Sequence record: MK327940.1
Length of the DNA stretch: 64,000 nt
Strand: one strand, 5' to 3'
Source: Escherichia phage vB_EcoM_G29
Part shown: in pieces, positions 1 through 9,413 of the stretch
Position numbering within the stretch: the stretch's first letter is position 1
Layout of the letters: each line of letters begins with the position of its first letter
Notes under the pieces: generated by a model
Seen by the model: only the letters and a program-made list of their open reading frames with translations
Told to the model about the DNA's origin: nothing
The model's database searches: none
Position numbers and translations under genes: made by a program

Positions 1-1097
1 AGGGTGCTGCTAAGAAATTCGCTGCTTTGAAAGCAAGTGATACTCTTGAAGTCGGAACTATTTACACTCACTTCTTCCAGGAAACTGGTACAGTATATCT
101 GCAAGCTACAGCAGCTAAACAAATTGATTCAGGCGCATCTGACGCAGACAAATTAGATGCTGAAATTAAGAAACAAATGGAAGCTGGTGTACTGGTAGAA
201 ATCGCTGAAGGTATGGCTACTTCTATCGCTGAACTTCAGGAAGGTTTCAACGGTTCTACCGATAACCCATGGAATGAAATGGGCTTCCGTATCGATAAAC
301 AAGTTATCGAAGCTAAATCTCGTCAGCTGAAAGCTGCTTACTCTATTGAATTAGCACAAGACCTTCGCGCTGTTCACGGTATGGATGCTGATGCTGAACT
401 GTCTGGTATTCTGGCTACCGAAATTATGCTGGAAATCAACCGCGAAGTTGTTGATTGGATTAACTACTCCGCTCAGGTTGGTAAATCTGGTATGACCCTG
501 ACTCCGGGTTCTAAAGCTGGTGTATTTGACTTCCAGGACCCAATCGATATTCGTGGTGCTCGCTGGGCAGGTGAATCCTTTAAAGCTCTGTTGTTCCAGA
601 TTGACAAAGAAGCAGTTGAAATTGCTCGTCAGACTGGTCGCGGCGAAGGTAACTTCATTATCGCTTCCCGTAACGTAGTTAACGTTCTGGCTTCAGTTGA
701 TACCGGCATTTCTTATGCTGCACAAGGTCTGGCTACTGGCTTTAACACTGATACTACCAAGTCAGTATTTGCTGGTGTTCTGGGTGGTAAATACCGTGTA
801 TATATCGACCAGTATGCTAAACAGGATTATTTCACCGTAGGTTATAAAGGTCCGAACGAAATGGATGCTGGTATTTACTATGCTCCATATGTAGCTCTGA
901 CTCCGCTGCGTGGTTCTGATCCGAAGAACTTCCAACCGGTAATGGGATTCAAAACTCGTTACGGTATCGGTATCAACCCATTTGCAGAATCCGCTGCTCA
1001 GGCTCCGGCTTCTCGCATCCAGAGCGGTATGCCTTCTATTCTGAATAGCCTTGGTAAAAACGCTTACTTCCGCCGTGTATATGTTAAAGGTATCTAA
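1..1097 (+). CDS. 23: Major capsid protein gp23, 3' part (gene starts upstream of window)
   Basis: Frame open from window start to stop at 1095-1097 (track ORF 27..1097); translation ...VGTIYTHFFQETGTVYLQATAAKQ...FRRVYVKGI is T4-type major head protein; terminator hairpin follows. Confidence 0.9.
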   Translation, partial: GAAKKFAALKASDTLEVGTIYTHFFQETGTVYLQATAAKQIDSGASDADKLDAEIKKQMEAGVLVEIAEGMATSIAELQEGFNGSTDNPWNEMGFRIDKQVIEAKSRQLKAAYSIELAQDLRAVHGMDADAELSGILATEIMLEINREVVDWINYSAQVGKSGMTLTPGSKAGVFDFQDPIDIRGARWAGESFKALLFQIDKEAVEIARQTGRGEGNFIIASRNVVNVLASVDTGISYAAQGLATGFNTDTTKSVFAGVLGGKYRVYIDQYAKQDYFTVGYKGPNEMDAGIYYAPYVALTPLRGSDPKNFQPVMGFKTRYGIGINPFAESAAQAPASRIQSGMPSILNSLGKNAYFRRVYVKGI

Positions 1098-1110
1098 TCT
1101 TTGACGATTT

Positions 1111-1140
1111 AAGGGACCTTCGGGTCCCTTTAGTTGTTTT
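1111..1140 (+). terminator. Rho-independent terminator after gene 23
   Basis: GGGACC-UUCG-GGUCCC hairpin (1113-1128) followed by T-run tagttgttttt. Confidence 0.7.
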
Positions 1141-1145
1141 TATGG

Positions 1146-1153
1146 TATAAATA
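1146..1153 (+). promoter_or_regulatory. T4-type late promoter (TATAAATA) for gene 24
   Basis: Exact TATAAATA 27 nt upstream of the gene 24 ATG at 1181, with RBS gaaaggaaa. Confidence 0.7.
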
Positions 1154-1180
1154 AATCATATAAACTGAAAGGAAAGCGCA

Positions 1181-2464
1181 ATGGCTAAAATCAACGAACT
1201 TCTGCGCGAATCAACCACAACGAATAGCAACTCAATCGGTCGCCCAAATCTCGTTGCTTTGACTCGCGCTACCACTAAATTAATATATTCTGACATTGTA
1301 GCAACGCAAAGAACTAATCAACCTGTTGCTGCTTTTTATGGTATCAAATACCTTAACCCGGATAACGAATTTACATTTAAAACTGGTGCTACTTACGCCG
1401 GCGAAGCTGGATATGTAGACCGAGAACAAATCACAGAATTAACAGAAGAGTCTAAATTAACTCTCAATAAGGGCGATTTATTCAAATATAATAATATCGT
1501 TTATAAAGTATTAGAAGATACACCATTTGCTGATATTGAAGAAAGCGATTTAGAATTAGCTCTTCAGATTGCAATTGTTCTTTTAAAGGTTCGTCTATTT
1601 TCTGACGCAGCGTCAACAAGCAAATTTGAAAGCTCTGATAGTGAAATTGCGGATGCTAGATTCCAGATTAATAAATGGCAAACCGCAGTTAAATCTCGTA
1701 AACTTAAAACTGGTATCACAGTTGAATTAGCACAAGATTTAGAAGCAAATGGATTCGATGCTCCTAATTTCTTGGAAGATTTGCTTGCAACCGAAATGGC
1801 AGATGAAATCAATAAAGATATTCTGCAGTCTTTGATTACAGTGTCAAAACGCTATAAAGTTACAGGAATTACTGATACTGGATTCATCGATTTGAGTTAT
1901 GCATCTGCACCTGAAGCTGGTCGTTCATTATACCGAATGGTATGTGAAATGGTTTCACATATCCAGAAAGAATCAACTTATACAGCAACGTTCTGTGTTG
2001 CTTCAGCTCGTGCCGCTGCGATTCTTGCTGCATCAGGTTGGTTAAAACATAAACCAGAAGATGACAAATATCTTTCACAAAATGCCTACGGGTTCTTAGC
2101 TAATGGTTTACCGCTTTATTGCGATACCAACAGCCCATTAGATTATGTAATCGTTGGCGTAGTAGAAAATATCGGTGAAAAAGAAATTGTTGGATCAATT
2201 TTCTATGCTCCGTATACAGAAGGTCTTGACTTAGATGACCCTGAACATGTAGGTGCATTTAAAGTTGTAGTTGATCCAGAAAGTTTGCAGCCATCTATCG
2301 GTTTATTAGTTAGATATGCTTTATCTGCAAATCCTTACACTGTAGCAAAAGATGAAAAAGAAGCAAGAGTAATTGATGGTGGAGACATGGATAAAATGGC
2401 GGGTCGTTCAGATTTGTCTGTTTTATTAGGTGTTAAGCTACCAAAAATTATCATTGATGAATAA
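1181..2464 (+). CDS. 24: Head vertex protein gp24 (capsid protein paralog)
   Basis: 427-aa ORF directly after gene 23 with its own late promoter and RBS; length and position match T4 gp24. Confidence 0.9.
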   Translation: MAKINELLRESTTTNSNSIGRPNLVALTRATTKLIYSDIVATQRTNQPVAAFYGIKYLNPDNEFTFKTGATYAGEAGYVDREQITELTEESKLTLNKGDLFKYNNIVYKVLEDTPFADIEESDLELALQIAIVLLKVRLFSDAASTSKFESSDSEIADARFQINKWQTAVKSRKLKTGITVELAQDLEANGFDAPNFLEDLLATEMADEINKDILQSLITVSKRYKVTGITDTGFIDLSYASAPEAGRSLYRMVCEMVSHIQKESTYTATFCVASARAAAILAASGWLKHKPEDDKYLSQNAYGFLANGLPLYCDTNSPLDYVIVGVVENIGEKEIVGSIFYAPYTEGLDLDDPEHVGAFKVVVDPESLQPSIGLLVRYALSANPYTVAKDEKEARVIDGGDMDKMAGRSDLSVLLGVKLPKIIIDE

Positions 2465-2493
2465 AACAAAGGGACCTTTCGGTCCCTTTTTAT
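2464..2493. terminator. Bidirectional terminator between convergent genes 24 and rnlB
   Basis: GGGACC-UUUC-GGUCCC hairpin (2471-2486) flanked by an A-run upstream and a T-run downstream. Confidence 0.7.
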
Positions 2494-3498
2494 TTAACTT
2501 ACCAATTCAATCCAAGCCGGACGAAGTACATCTTGTACCATTTTAACTAATTCCTTCTTAATCAAAGAAGGATTATCCGCTTGAGTTAGAGTAATACCTT
2601 CACGAGAAGTTTCTTCCAAAATATCTTGAACCGTTAGTCCCATCACCTTTCCAAAATCTTTTGGACCAATTTCACCAATTTTAGAAATAACGTTATTTAC
2701 TCGGTTCAGTGTAACATAACAAGCTAAAATTCCCAGCAATTTATTATCAGCTTCTGACAACTCAACTTTAGCTTTAATAGGCTTATCAGACTTTTTCTTT
2801 TCACTAAATTTAGAGTTCTTGCATTTGATGGCTACACGATTGCGATTAGGCAGCCAAGAAGGATAACAAGGTTTCAATACATATCCTTCAGCGGTAAATA
2901 CTTCGCCTTTTGCTTCAGCATTCCAAACGCATTTATTTGCATCAACTAATCCAGCATGGTCTACCGTAAAATTATAATCCTGTACGACAGAATCTAAATC
3001 ATTTGGCAATTTAATAAGTTCTTCAAATTTACCACGACCTAAAAGTGGAGCCATTTTAAATTTAAATGTATTACAGAATGATTCCATCATATAATCATCG
3101 ACATAAATTACATCACCACTTTCTGTAGTAACAATAATGTCAAATACATAAAAATCTTTATCACCATAATCGACATTCTTCTGAATGCCAGGTCCGGCGA
3201 ATTCACCAAAGACTTGATAAGATACAACCGCTGAAGTTTCCATAATATCTTGTACTGCTTTAATGGAATCAGCGTAATTCTTCAAAATAATTTCATACCC
3301 AAAGAAATCTTCAGCAGGAAGAATAGGACCAGTTCGTTTAGCACAAGTTACTTTATCACGCTCAATAATCAATGAGAAATTTGTGCCGTGAATCTTTTCA
3401 CGAGCTACCCATTCGCCGCCAGTCAATCCTAAACTGTAAAGTTTTTCAATAAATTTAGAGTTGTAATGATTTTCAAGACTGCTATACTTTTTAAACAT
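2494..3498 (-). CDS. rnlB: RNA ligase 2 (Rnl2)
   Basis: 334-aa ORF; contains the nucleotidyltransferase lysine motif EKIHGTN; length and position match T4 rnlB. Confidence 0.9.
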   Translation of the reverse strand: MFKKYSSLENHYNSKFIEKLYSLGLTGGEWVAREKIHGTNFSLIIERDKVTCAKRTGPILPAEDFFGYEIILKNYADSIKAVQDIMETSAVVSYQVFGEFAGPGIQKNVDYGDKDFYVFDIIVTTESGDVIYVDDYMMESFCNTFKFKMAPLLGRGKFEELIKLPNDLDSVVQDYNFTVDHAGLVDANKCVWNAEAKGEVFTAEGYVLKPCYPSWLPNRNRVAIKCKNSKFSEKKKSDKPIKAKVELSEADNKLLGILACYVTLNRVNNVISKIGEIGPKDFGKVMGLTVQDILEETSREGITLTQADNPSLIKKELVKMVQDVLRPAWIELVS

Positions 3499-3507
3499 AA
3501 TTAATCC

Positions 3508-3786
3508 TCAAAATGTAATTTCTAACCAATCACCATCACGCTGATCACTATTGACTTTAAAGCTAAATCCTTCTTTTCTCAGCCAATCACCAATTTCTTC
3601 AGTAATCAATTTATCGCGAGCAGTACAATAATAACTAAAATATGTTTTACCTTGTTCAGCTGCTTTATTAGCAAGTTCCGAAAAATCTTTAATAAAACAC
3701 TCTAGCTTAAACTGTTTACTTTTAAGTGCTTTTTCACGTAATTGATTAGCAAAAGATTCATTTTCATAAAGATCATACTGTTCCAT
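3508..3786 (-). CDS. Hypothetical protein (position of T4 24.2)
   Basis: 92-aa ORF tightly packed between rnlB and the next ORF; no recognisable domain. Confidence 0.6.
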   Translation of the reverse strand: MEQYDLYENESFANQLREKALKSKQFKLECFIKDFSELANKAAEQGKTYFSYYCTARDKLITEEIGDWLRKEGFSFKVNSDQRDGDWLEITF

Positions 3787-3988
3787 TTTTCACCTTTTTA
3801 TTAATATGCCTTTTTCTATAGACAACTTTTTCTCGAGTTTCAAATTTATTCTTAGCAGTCATAGCTCGAGCCCATAATACAGCCACTTCTTTCGCCTGTA
3901 AGTTTAATTCACGAGCAATTTCAATGAATGACTTTCCAGACTCATGAAGAGTAAACACCACAACCTCAGTTCTCATAATCAATCTCAT
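3773..3988 (-). CDS. Hypothetical small basic protein (position of T4 24.3)
   Basis: 71-aa ORF overlapping the downstream ORF by 14 nt; lysine/arginine-rich C-terminus. Confidence 0.55.
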   Translation of the reverse strand: MRLIMRTEVVVFTLHESGKSFIEIARELNLQAKEVAVLWARAMTAKNKFETREKVVYRKRHINKKVKNGTV

Positions 3989-4043
3989 GTTATCGAGTTG
4001 ATGCCATTATATACATCATTTTCTGAGTATGTTTTGTGTGCTT

Positions 4044-4073
4044 TCAAAATGAAGAAAGGGGCCGAAGCCCCTT
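4044..4073 (-). terminator. Terminator after hoc (minus strand)
   Basis: GGGGC-UUCG-GCCCC hairpin followed on the minus strand by uuucuucauuuu. Confidence 0.65.
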
Positions 4074-4077
4074 ATGA

Positions 4078-5551
4078 TTATGGATAGGTATAGATGATAC
4101 CAGTTTCTAAAGCAGTTTTATGAATGATGTATCCATTGCGTGATTCTTGAACATCAACTTCTGGATAGTCTTTCATCATCTTCTGAAGAGTGTAACGATG
4201 CAGGTAGTATTTACTATCTGGATCTTCAGTTTTCCAATCTTTACCTTCTTCGGTCATTTTTTGGATTTCATCCATAACCCACCAACCGCACCAGATATAA
4301 GCTGAAGTGCGATGTGGAAGAGGATGAACATAAGGCAATTCACCTTCTGGTTCCGGAGCAACTTTATCAGTTACCTGAACTTGGCCTGTTGCTTTAACTG
4401 TTTTACTATCATAGTCGGTTGCTGTAACGGTTGCAGTAACTTCAATAGTTTGACTTCCAATAGATGATGTATCAACCGTGTATACATTAGTTGATTCTTC
4501 TACAGGAGAAGAATCTTTCTTCCATGAATATTCGATTTGTGCTTCTTCTGGAGCATCCGTAACATTAGCAGTAAATGTAGCCGAAGCATCTTGCTGAACG
4601 TTAATAGAAGGAGGAGTCAATGTAACCTGTGGATTCATTGTCTTCTTATTAACTGTTAATGATACTTCATTAGAAGTAACTTCCTTTTCATTGTAATTTT
4701 CAGCCGTTACTTGGGCTACGCATTTAATTCTTTTTACTCCACTTGTAGTTGGAGTATAGTTAAATGTAGAGTTAGTTTCTCCACCAATTTGAGAATCATC
4801 TACATACCATTTATATGTAGCAGACGCTCCATCAGGTTGAGAAACCAAGGCAGCAGTAAATTGAACTGGGGTTCCAATTACTCCAGCTGGAGGACTATCA
4901 GGAGTTACTGCCAAGGTAGTTGTCTGCGTCTTTTTATTAACAGTCAGTGACACTTCATTGGAAGTAACTTCCTTTGTATCATAATCTGTCGCGGTTACTT
5001 GAGCTACGCACTTAATTGTTTTAACTCCGCTTGCGTCAGGAGTGTAATTGAATGTAGTGCTAGTTGCTTCGCCCACAGGAGAACCGTCAACGTACCATTG
5101 ATACGTAGCGTTTGCACCTGATGGCTGTGAAGCTAAGGCAGCCAACGTACCATTGATACGTAGCGTTTGCACCTGATGGCTGTGAAGCTAAGGCAGCGGT
5201 AAATTCAATTGGAGTTCCAATCACTCCAGCATCAGGGCTACCAGGAGTTACTGCCAAAGTAGTTGTTTGTGTCTTATTTTGAACTGTGATAGTTGTACTA
5301 ATTTCAGCTGTTTCAGGTTCAGATTCTGCAACTTGATTGGTTGCAACTACTTTAATAGTCTTTTGACCGGCAGGTCCTTTTAGTACATAACTAAAAGTTG
5401 CTGACGTTTCTTCCTGTGGAGCGTCGTCTACAGTCCAAGCATATGTAATAGGTCCATCTCCAGTTTGACCACTGGGTGTAGCAGTAAACTGCTGAGTCTG
5501 ATCTATAACTCCAGTAGGTGTTTTAGGAGTTATATCAACTGTAAAAGCCAT
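4078..5551 (-). pseudogene. hoc: hoc (outer capsid protein with Ig-like domains), frame broken by a 55-bp tandem duplication
   Basis: Two overlapping minus-strand ORFs (5087..5551 and 4078..5172) together encode repeated Ig-like ~95-aa domains (QTTTLAVTP...VSLTVNKKT) plus a C-terminal region (LPYVHPLPH...WCGWWVMDEIQ); the break coincides with a perfect direct repeat at 5088-5197. Confidence 0.8.
5088..5197. repeat. Perfect 55-bp tandem direct duplication (2 copies: 5088-5142 and 5143-5197)
   Basis: caacgtaccattgatacgtagcgtttgcacctgatggctgtgaagctaaggcagc occurs twice back-to-back with 100% identity; 55 is not a multiple of 3. Confidence 0.95.
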
Positions 5552-5560
5552 AAGTTATCC

Positions 5561-6241
5561 TTATTTTAATGTTACGAAAGAAGAATTACGTGTTTCACGA
5601 ATTAGAACTGATCCGTCACGATTAATGTAGTAAATTAAGCTAAATAAAGTTTGGTGTGCCGACGCATGTTCAAAACTAGTTGGGTGAGATTTCCAATCTG
5701 GGGTTTCAGCAATCCATTGATAAATCCACCAAGGAACAGTGCAGAATCCTGGATTTTTTCCAATCAGCTGAAGATTCGGACTAAAGTTTTCCGGAAGAGT
5801 AAATACAGACGGCTTTTCAGATTCAATAATCTCAGCTACAGCCTGTTCGAATTTTTCTTCAACAAAAGGAGTATCTTCAATTAAAACAGTGGTATTTTCA
5901 GGAATTTTATCCGTTTCTACTACTTCAATTTTAATGTCAGATTTAACCGGAGAATCAATCAGAAGTGCTGCCTCTGGATTGACTTCTTCATCGTCATATT
6001 TTAATCCGTCTGCGGCATCAGCAGCATCAATTAAGTCTTTAATAGATAACCCATCAGTCTCTGGCATAGGTTCACTAGCGAGCTTCTGGAGAGCTTCTTC
6101 AATATCATTAACGATATTATCAAAAGATTTATTCTTTTTGACCTTTATACCAAACTGTTCAGCATATTCAGCTAATTTAGCTTTAGCTTCTTTATTATCA
6201 TCAAGAGCCTTCAGCTCTGCAATATAATCTTTATCTATCAT
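5561..6241 (-). CDS. inh: Inh-like protein (inhibitor of prohead protease), acidic
   Basis: 226-aa ORF between hoc and uvsW, the position and size of T4 inh; name assigned by synteny. Confidence 0.65.
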   Translation of the reverse strand: MIDKDYIAELKALDDNKEAKAKLAEYAEQFGIKVKKNKSFDNIVNDIEEALQKLASEPMPETDGLSIKDLIDAADAADGLKYDDEEVNPEAALLIDSPVKSDIKIEVVETDKIPENTTVLIEDTPFVEEKFEQAVAEIIESEKPSVFTLPENFSPNLQLIGKNPGFCTVPWWIYQWIAETPDWKSHPTSFEHASAHQTLFSLIYYINRDGSVLIRETRNSSFVTLK

Positions 6242-6254
6242 AATATTTCCTCAG

Positions 6255-6262
6255 TATAAATA
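6255..6262 (+). promoter_or_regulatory. Late promoter (TATAAATA) for uvsW
   Basis: Exact TATAAATA 30 nt upstream of the uvsW ATG at 6292. Confidence 0.65.
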
Positions 6263-6291
6263 TAGATATATTTATTACATGGTATTTAGAC

Positions 6292-7803
6292 ATGACTGAC
6301 ATTAAAGTACATTTTTATGATTTTAGTCACGTGAGAATTGATTGCGAAGAAAGTACATTTCATGAACTCCGTGATTTCTTTAGCTTTGAAGCTGATGGGT
6401 ATCGTTTTAATCCGAAGTACAAATATGGCCACTGGGATGGACGAATTCGTCTTTTAGATTATAATCGCCTTCTTCCATTCGGTTTAGTCGGGCAAATTAA
6501 AAAGTTCTGCGATAACTTTGGCTATAAAGCCTGGATTGACCCACAGATTAACGAAAAAGAAGAATTATCAAGAAAAGATTTTGATGAATGGCTTTCTAAA
6601 TTAGAAATCTATTCAGGAAATAAAAGAATTGAACCACACTGGTATCAAAAAGATGCAGTGTTCGAAGGATTAGTTAATCGTCGTAGAATTCTTAATCTTC
6701 CAACATCCGCTGGTAAATCTTTAATTCAAGCTTTGCTTGCGCGATATTATTTGGAAAATTATGAAGGTAAAATTCTTATCATTGTTCCAACAACTGCTTT
6801 AACAACTCAGATGGCTGATGACTTTGTTGATTATCGTTTATTCAGTCATGCAATGATAAAGAAAATCGGTGGTGGAGCATCAAAAGATGATAAATATAAA
6901 AATGATGCACCAGTCGTTGTTGGTACATGGCAAACTGTAGTAAAACAACCGAAAGAATGGTTCTCACAGTTTGGAATGATGATGAATGATGAATGCCATC
7001 TTGCTACAGGAAAAAGTATTTCATCTATCATATCAGGTTTAAATAACTGCATGTTCAAATTTGGTCTATCTGGTTCATTACGTGATGGCAAAGCCAATAT
7101 CATGCAGTATGTTGGAATGTTTGGTGAAATATTTAAGCCAGTAACGACTTCTAAGTTAATGGAAGATGGACAAGTAACTGAGCTAAAAATTAATAGTATT
7201 TTTCTTCGCTATCCCGATGAGTTCACTACTAAATTAAAGGGAAAAACTTATCAAGAAGAAATAAAAATTATTACGGGGCTTAGTAAAAGAAATAAATGGA
7301 TCGCTAAATTGGCTATTAAGCTTGCACAAAAAGATGAAAACGCTTTTGTCATGTTTAAACATGTATCACATGGTAAAGCTATTTTCGATTTAATTAAAAA
7401 TGAATACGATAAAGTTTATTACGTATCAGGGGAAGTTGATACCGAAACCCGCAATATAATGAAAACCTTAGCTGAAAATGGTAAAGGAATAATTATAGTA
7501 GCTAGTTATGGTGTATTTTCTACTGGTATTTCAGTTAAAAATCTGCATCACGTTGTTTTAGCGCACGGTGTTAAATCAAAAATCATTGTATTACAAACAA
7601 TCGGTCGTGTATTACGTAAGCATGGTTCTAAAACAATCGCAACAGTCTGGGACCTCATAGATGACTGTGGTGTCAAGCCAAAATCTGCTAATACTAAAAA
7701 GAAATATGTTCACTTGAACTATCTTTTAAAACACGGCATTGATCGTATTCAGCGCTACGCAGATGAAAAATTTAATTACGTAATGAAAACAGTTAATTTA
7801 TAA
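6292..7803 (+). CDS. uvsW: UvsW DNA helicase (SF2, DECH box)
   Basis: 503-aa ORF with Walker A (PTSAGKS) and DECH motifs; position between inh and uvsY as in T4. Confidence 0.9.
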   Translation: MTDIKVHFYDFSHVRIDCEESTFHELRDFFSFEADGYRFNPKYKYGHWDGRIRLLDYNRLLPFGLVGQIKKFCDNFGYKAWIDPQINEKEELSRKDFDEWLSKLEIYSGNKRIEPHWYQKDAVFEGLVNRRRILNLPTSAGKSLIQALLARYYLENYEGKILIIVPTTALTTQMADDFVDYRLFSHAMIKKIGGGASKDDKYKNDAPVVVGTWQTVVKQPKEWFSQFGMMMNDECHLATGKSISSIISGLNNCMFKFGLSGSLRDGKANIMQYVGMFGEIFKPVTTSKLMEDGQVTELKINSIFLRYPDEFTTKLKGKTYQEEIKIITGLSKRNKWIAKLAIKLAQKDENAFVMFKHVSHGKAIFDLIKNEYDKVYYVSGEVDTETRNIMKTLAENGKGIIIVASYGVFSTGISVKNLHHVVLAHGVKSKIIVLQTIGRVLRKHGSKTIATVWDLIDDCGVKPKSANTKKKYVHLNYLLKHGIDRIQRYADEKFNYVMKTVNL

Positions 7804-7828
7804 GGGCTTCGGCCCTTTGGAGAAAAAG

Positions 7829-8059
7829 ATGTTACTAGAATTTAAACAATTTCTTTATGAAGCTTCTATTGATGAATTTATGGGTAAAATTGCCTCTTGT
7901 CAAACATTAGAAGGTTTAGAAGAACTTGAAGCTTATTATAAGAAAAGAGTTAAAGAAACTGAATTAAAAGATACTGATGACATCTCAGTCAGAGATGCTT
8001 TGGCAGGAAAAAGAGCTGAATTAGAAGATTCAGACGATGAAGTAGAAGAAAGCTTTTAA
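7829..8059 (+). CDS. uvsW.1: UvsW.1 small acidic protein
   Basis: 76-aa ORF from the ATG at 7829 (track ORF begins at an upstream TTG); RBS ggag 7 nt upstream, preceded by a UUCG hairpin. Confidence 0.7.
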   Translation: MLLEFKQFLYEASIDEFMGKIASCQTLEGLEELEAYYKKRVKETELKDTDDISVRDALAGKRAELEDSDDEVEESF

Positions 8060-8114
8060 ATTAAAAAAGGCCCAACCAAAAAGGAAGGGCCAAAACTATA
8101 GACTAAAGGTCACA

Positions 8115-8282
8115 CTATAGCAAAAGTTGCGTTTCATTTAATTGTTCTTCCGAACTTTCTGAAACTGGTAGTTCTTTAATGTAATTATAGCAAGGCCCAG
8201 GATGTACAGGACCTTTGTCTGTTTCAACAACCAATGCAGAATCGATTGGAGTTTTACAGACAACACAAATCTTATCTGACAT
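8115..8282 (-). CDS. Small Cys-rich protein (position of T4 uvsY.-2)
   Basis: 55-aa ORF translated by hand (MSDKICVVCKTPIDS...) below the track size cut-off; coordinates approximate. Confidence 0.45.
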   Translation of the reverse strand: MSDKICVVCKTPIDSALVVETDKGPVHPGPCYNYIKELPVSESSEEQLNETQLLL

Positions 8283-8310
8283 GATTGTCTCCTCTGAATT
8301 ATATATCTAT

Positions 8311-8535
8311 TTATACAACTCTCATATGCATATCAATGCCCATATCTTTAGAATAAAAATATTCATCAAGATATCCGGCAAATTTTCCTTTAATATAAAG
8401 AACATCTTCACCGCACGGGTGGTCGGCCAGGATACGAATATCCTGACGCTTAAGATTATGCTTTTTCATTAAGAATTGAATTTCCGTTTCAAATTCTTCT
8501 TCATAATTAAAAGCATCATCAATGTTATATCTCAT
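8311..8535 (-). CDS. Hypothetical protein (position of T4 uvsY.-1)
   Basis: 74-aa ORF whose start overlaps the uvsY stop (translational coupling). Confidence 0.6.
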   Translation of the reverse strand: MRYNIDDAFNYEEEFETEIQFLMKKHNLKRQDIRILADHPCGEDVLYIKGKFAGYLDEYFYSKDMGIDMHMRVV

Positions 8536-8948
8536 TATTTTCCAGCCTCAAATGCTCGCATGTCTTGAATATGCTTAATAGCAAATCCACGTGATTTAAT
8601 AGCATCAAGAGCTCCGCTACAGAAATCTAATAAAATCCCCCAATACTGTAACGAGGTATCAACCTTTAAAACATCCTTATCAGCTGATAGAACTGTCTTC
8701 ATTTCTGATTTCTCGTAACGATCCATACTAAATTCATCACCATCTCCTCGTCCCGAGTAGTAGTCTAATTTAGCTTTAAGAGCAACTTTTTTCTGTGCTT
8801 CAATTCTAAGCATTTCCTTTTTAATACTTGAATGCTTATTAAGCCATTTACTATATAACATCACATTATTAGCTGCTTCATACTGTAATTTAGTCGAATC
8901 TATAAACACATCTTTCTTCAATTCTTCTTGAAGATCTTCTAATCTCAT
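8535..8948 (-). CDS. uvsY: UvsY recombination mediator
   Basis: 137-aa ORF, the exact length of T4 UvsY; MotA-type middle promoter immediately upstream. Confidence 0.9.
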   Translation of the reverse strand: MRLEDLQEELKKDVFIDSTKLQYEAANNVMLYSKWLNKHSSIKKEMLRIEAQKKVALKAKLDYYSGRGDGDEFSMDRYEKSEMKTVLSADKDVLKVDTSLQYWGILLDFCSGALDAIKSRGFAIKHIQDMRAFEAGK

Positions 8949-8988
8949 ATTGTTCTCTATTCAATTGTTATTGGATGGACTTAGATTC

Positions 8989-9016
8989 ATTATACCACGT
9001 TTATACGTGAAGCATT
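8989..9016 (-). promoter_or_regulatory. MotA-dependent middle promoter of uvsY (candidate core of ori(uvsY))
   Basis: Minus strand reads aaTGCTTcA (MotA box), 13-nt spacer, TATAAT; the box overlaps the gene 25 stop codon. Confidence 0.6.
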
Positions 9017-9413
9017 ATACTCTATTACTGGAAGCCAGTTGTAGTTTTATCTGCTCAATATCATCAGGGTTATCGATGACTGAAAAGCGTATTTCTACTA
9101 TCAAAGTATAATCATCATAAACCGGTATTACATTAACTGCTAATTTATCAATACGTGGCTCATAGTTTCTTACTGCGCTTTCGATATTACGCTCAACCGT
9201 GTCAGCAGTAAGAGGAGTCATATTCTCAAAAAGTTGGTCAGATAAATCGCATCCAAATTCAGGGTCAAACGGTCTTGAACCTTTTCTTGTTGTAATAATT
9301 CCTAAAAGACTATTTTTAATTGACCTTAATCCAAGTGATCTTGAAACGTCTTTGTTCCAATCCATTTTCATCTCTGGGTCAATATCAGAATAAAGCTTAT
9401 TAATATTTGCCAT
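9015..9413 (-). CDS. 25: Baseplate wedge protein gp25
   Basis: 132-aa ORF, T4 gp25 length; synteny uvsY-25-26. Confidence 0.85.
   Translation of the reverse strand: MANINKLYSDIDPEMKMDWNKDVSRSLGLRSIKNSLLGIITTRKGSRPFDPEFGCDLSDQLFENMTPLTADTVERNIESAVRNYEPRIDKLAVNVIPVYDDYTLIVEIRFSVIDNPDDIEQIKLQLASSNRV

Noticed and set aside
5087-5172. Possibility that the two hoc ORFs are joined by programmed ribosomal frameshifting
   Set aside because: No slippery heptamer or stimulatory structure at the junction; the break coincides exactly with a perfect 55-bp duplication, so a mutation or assembly artefact is the simpler explanation.
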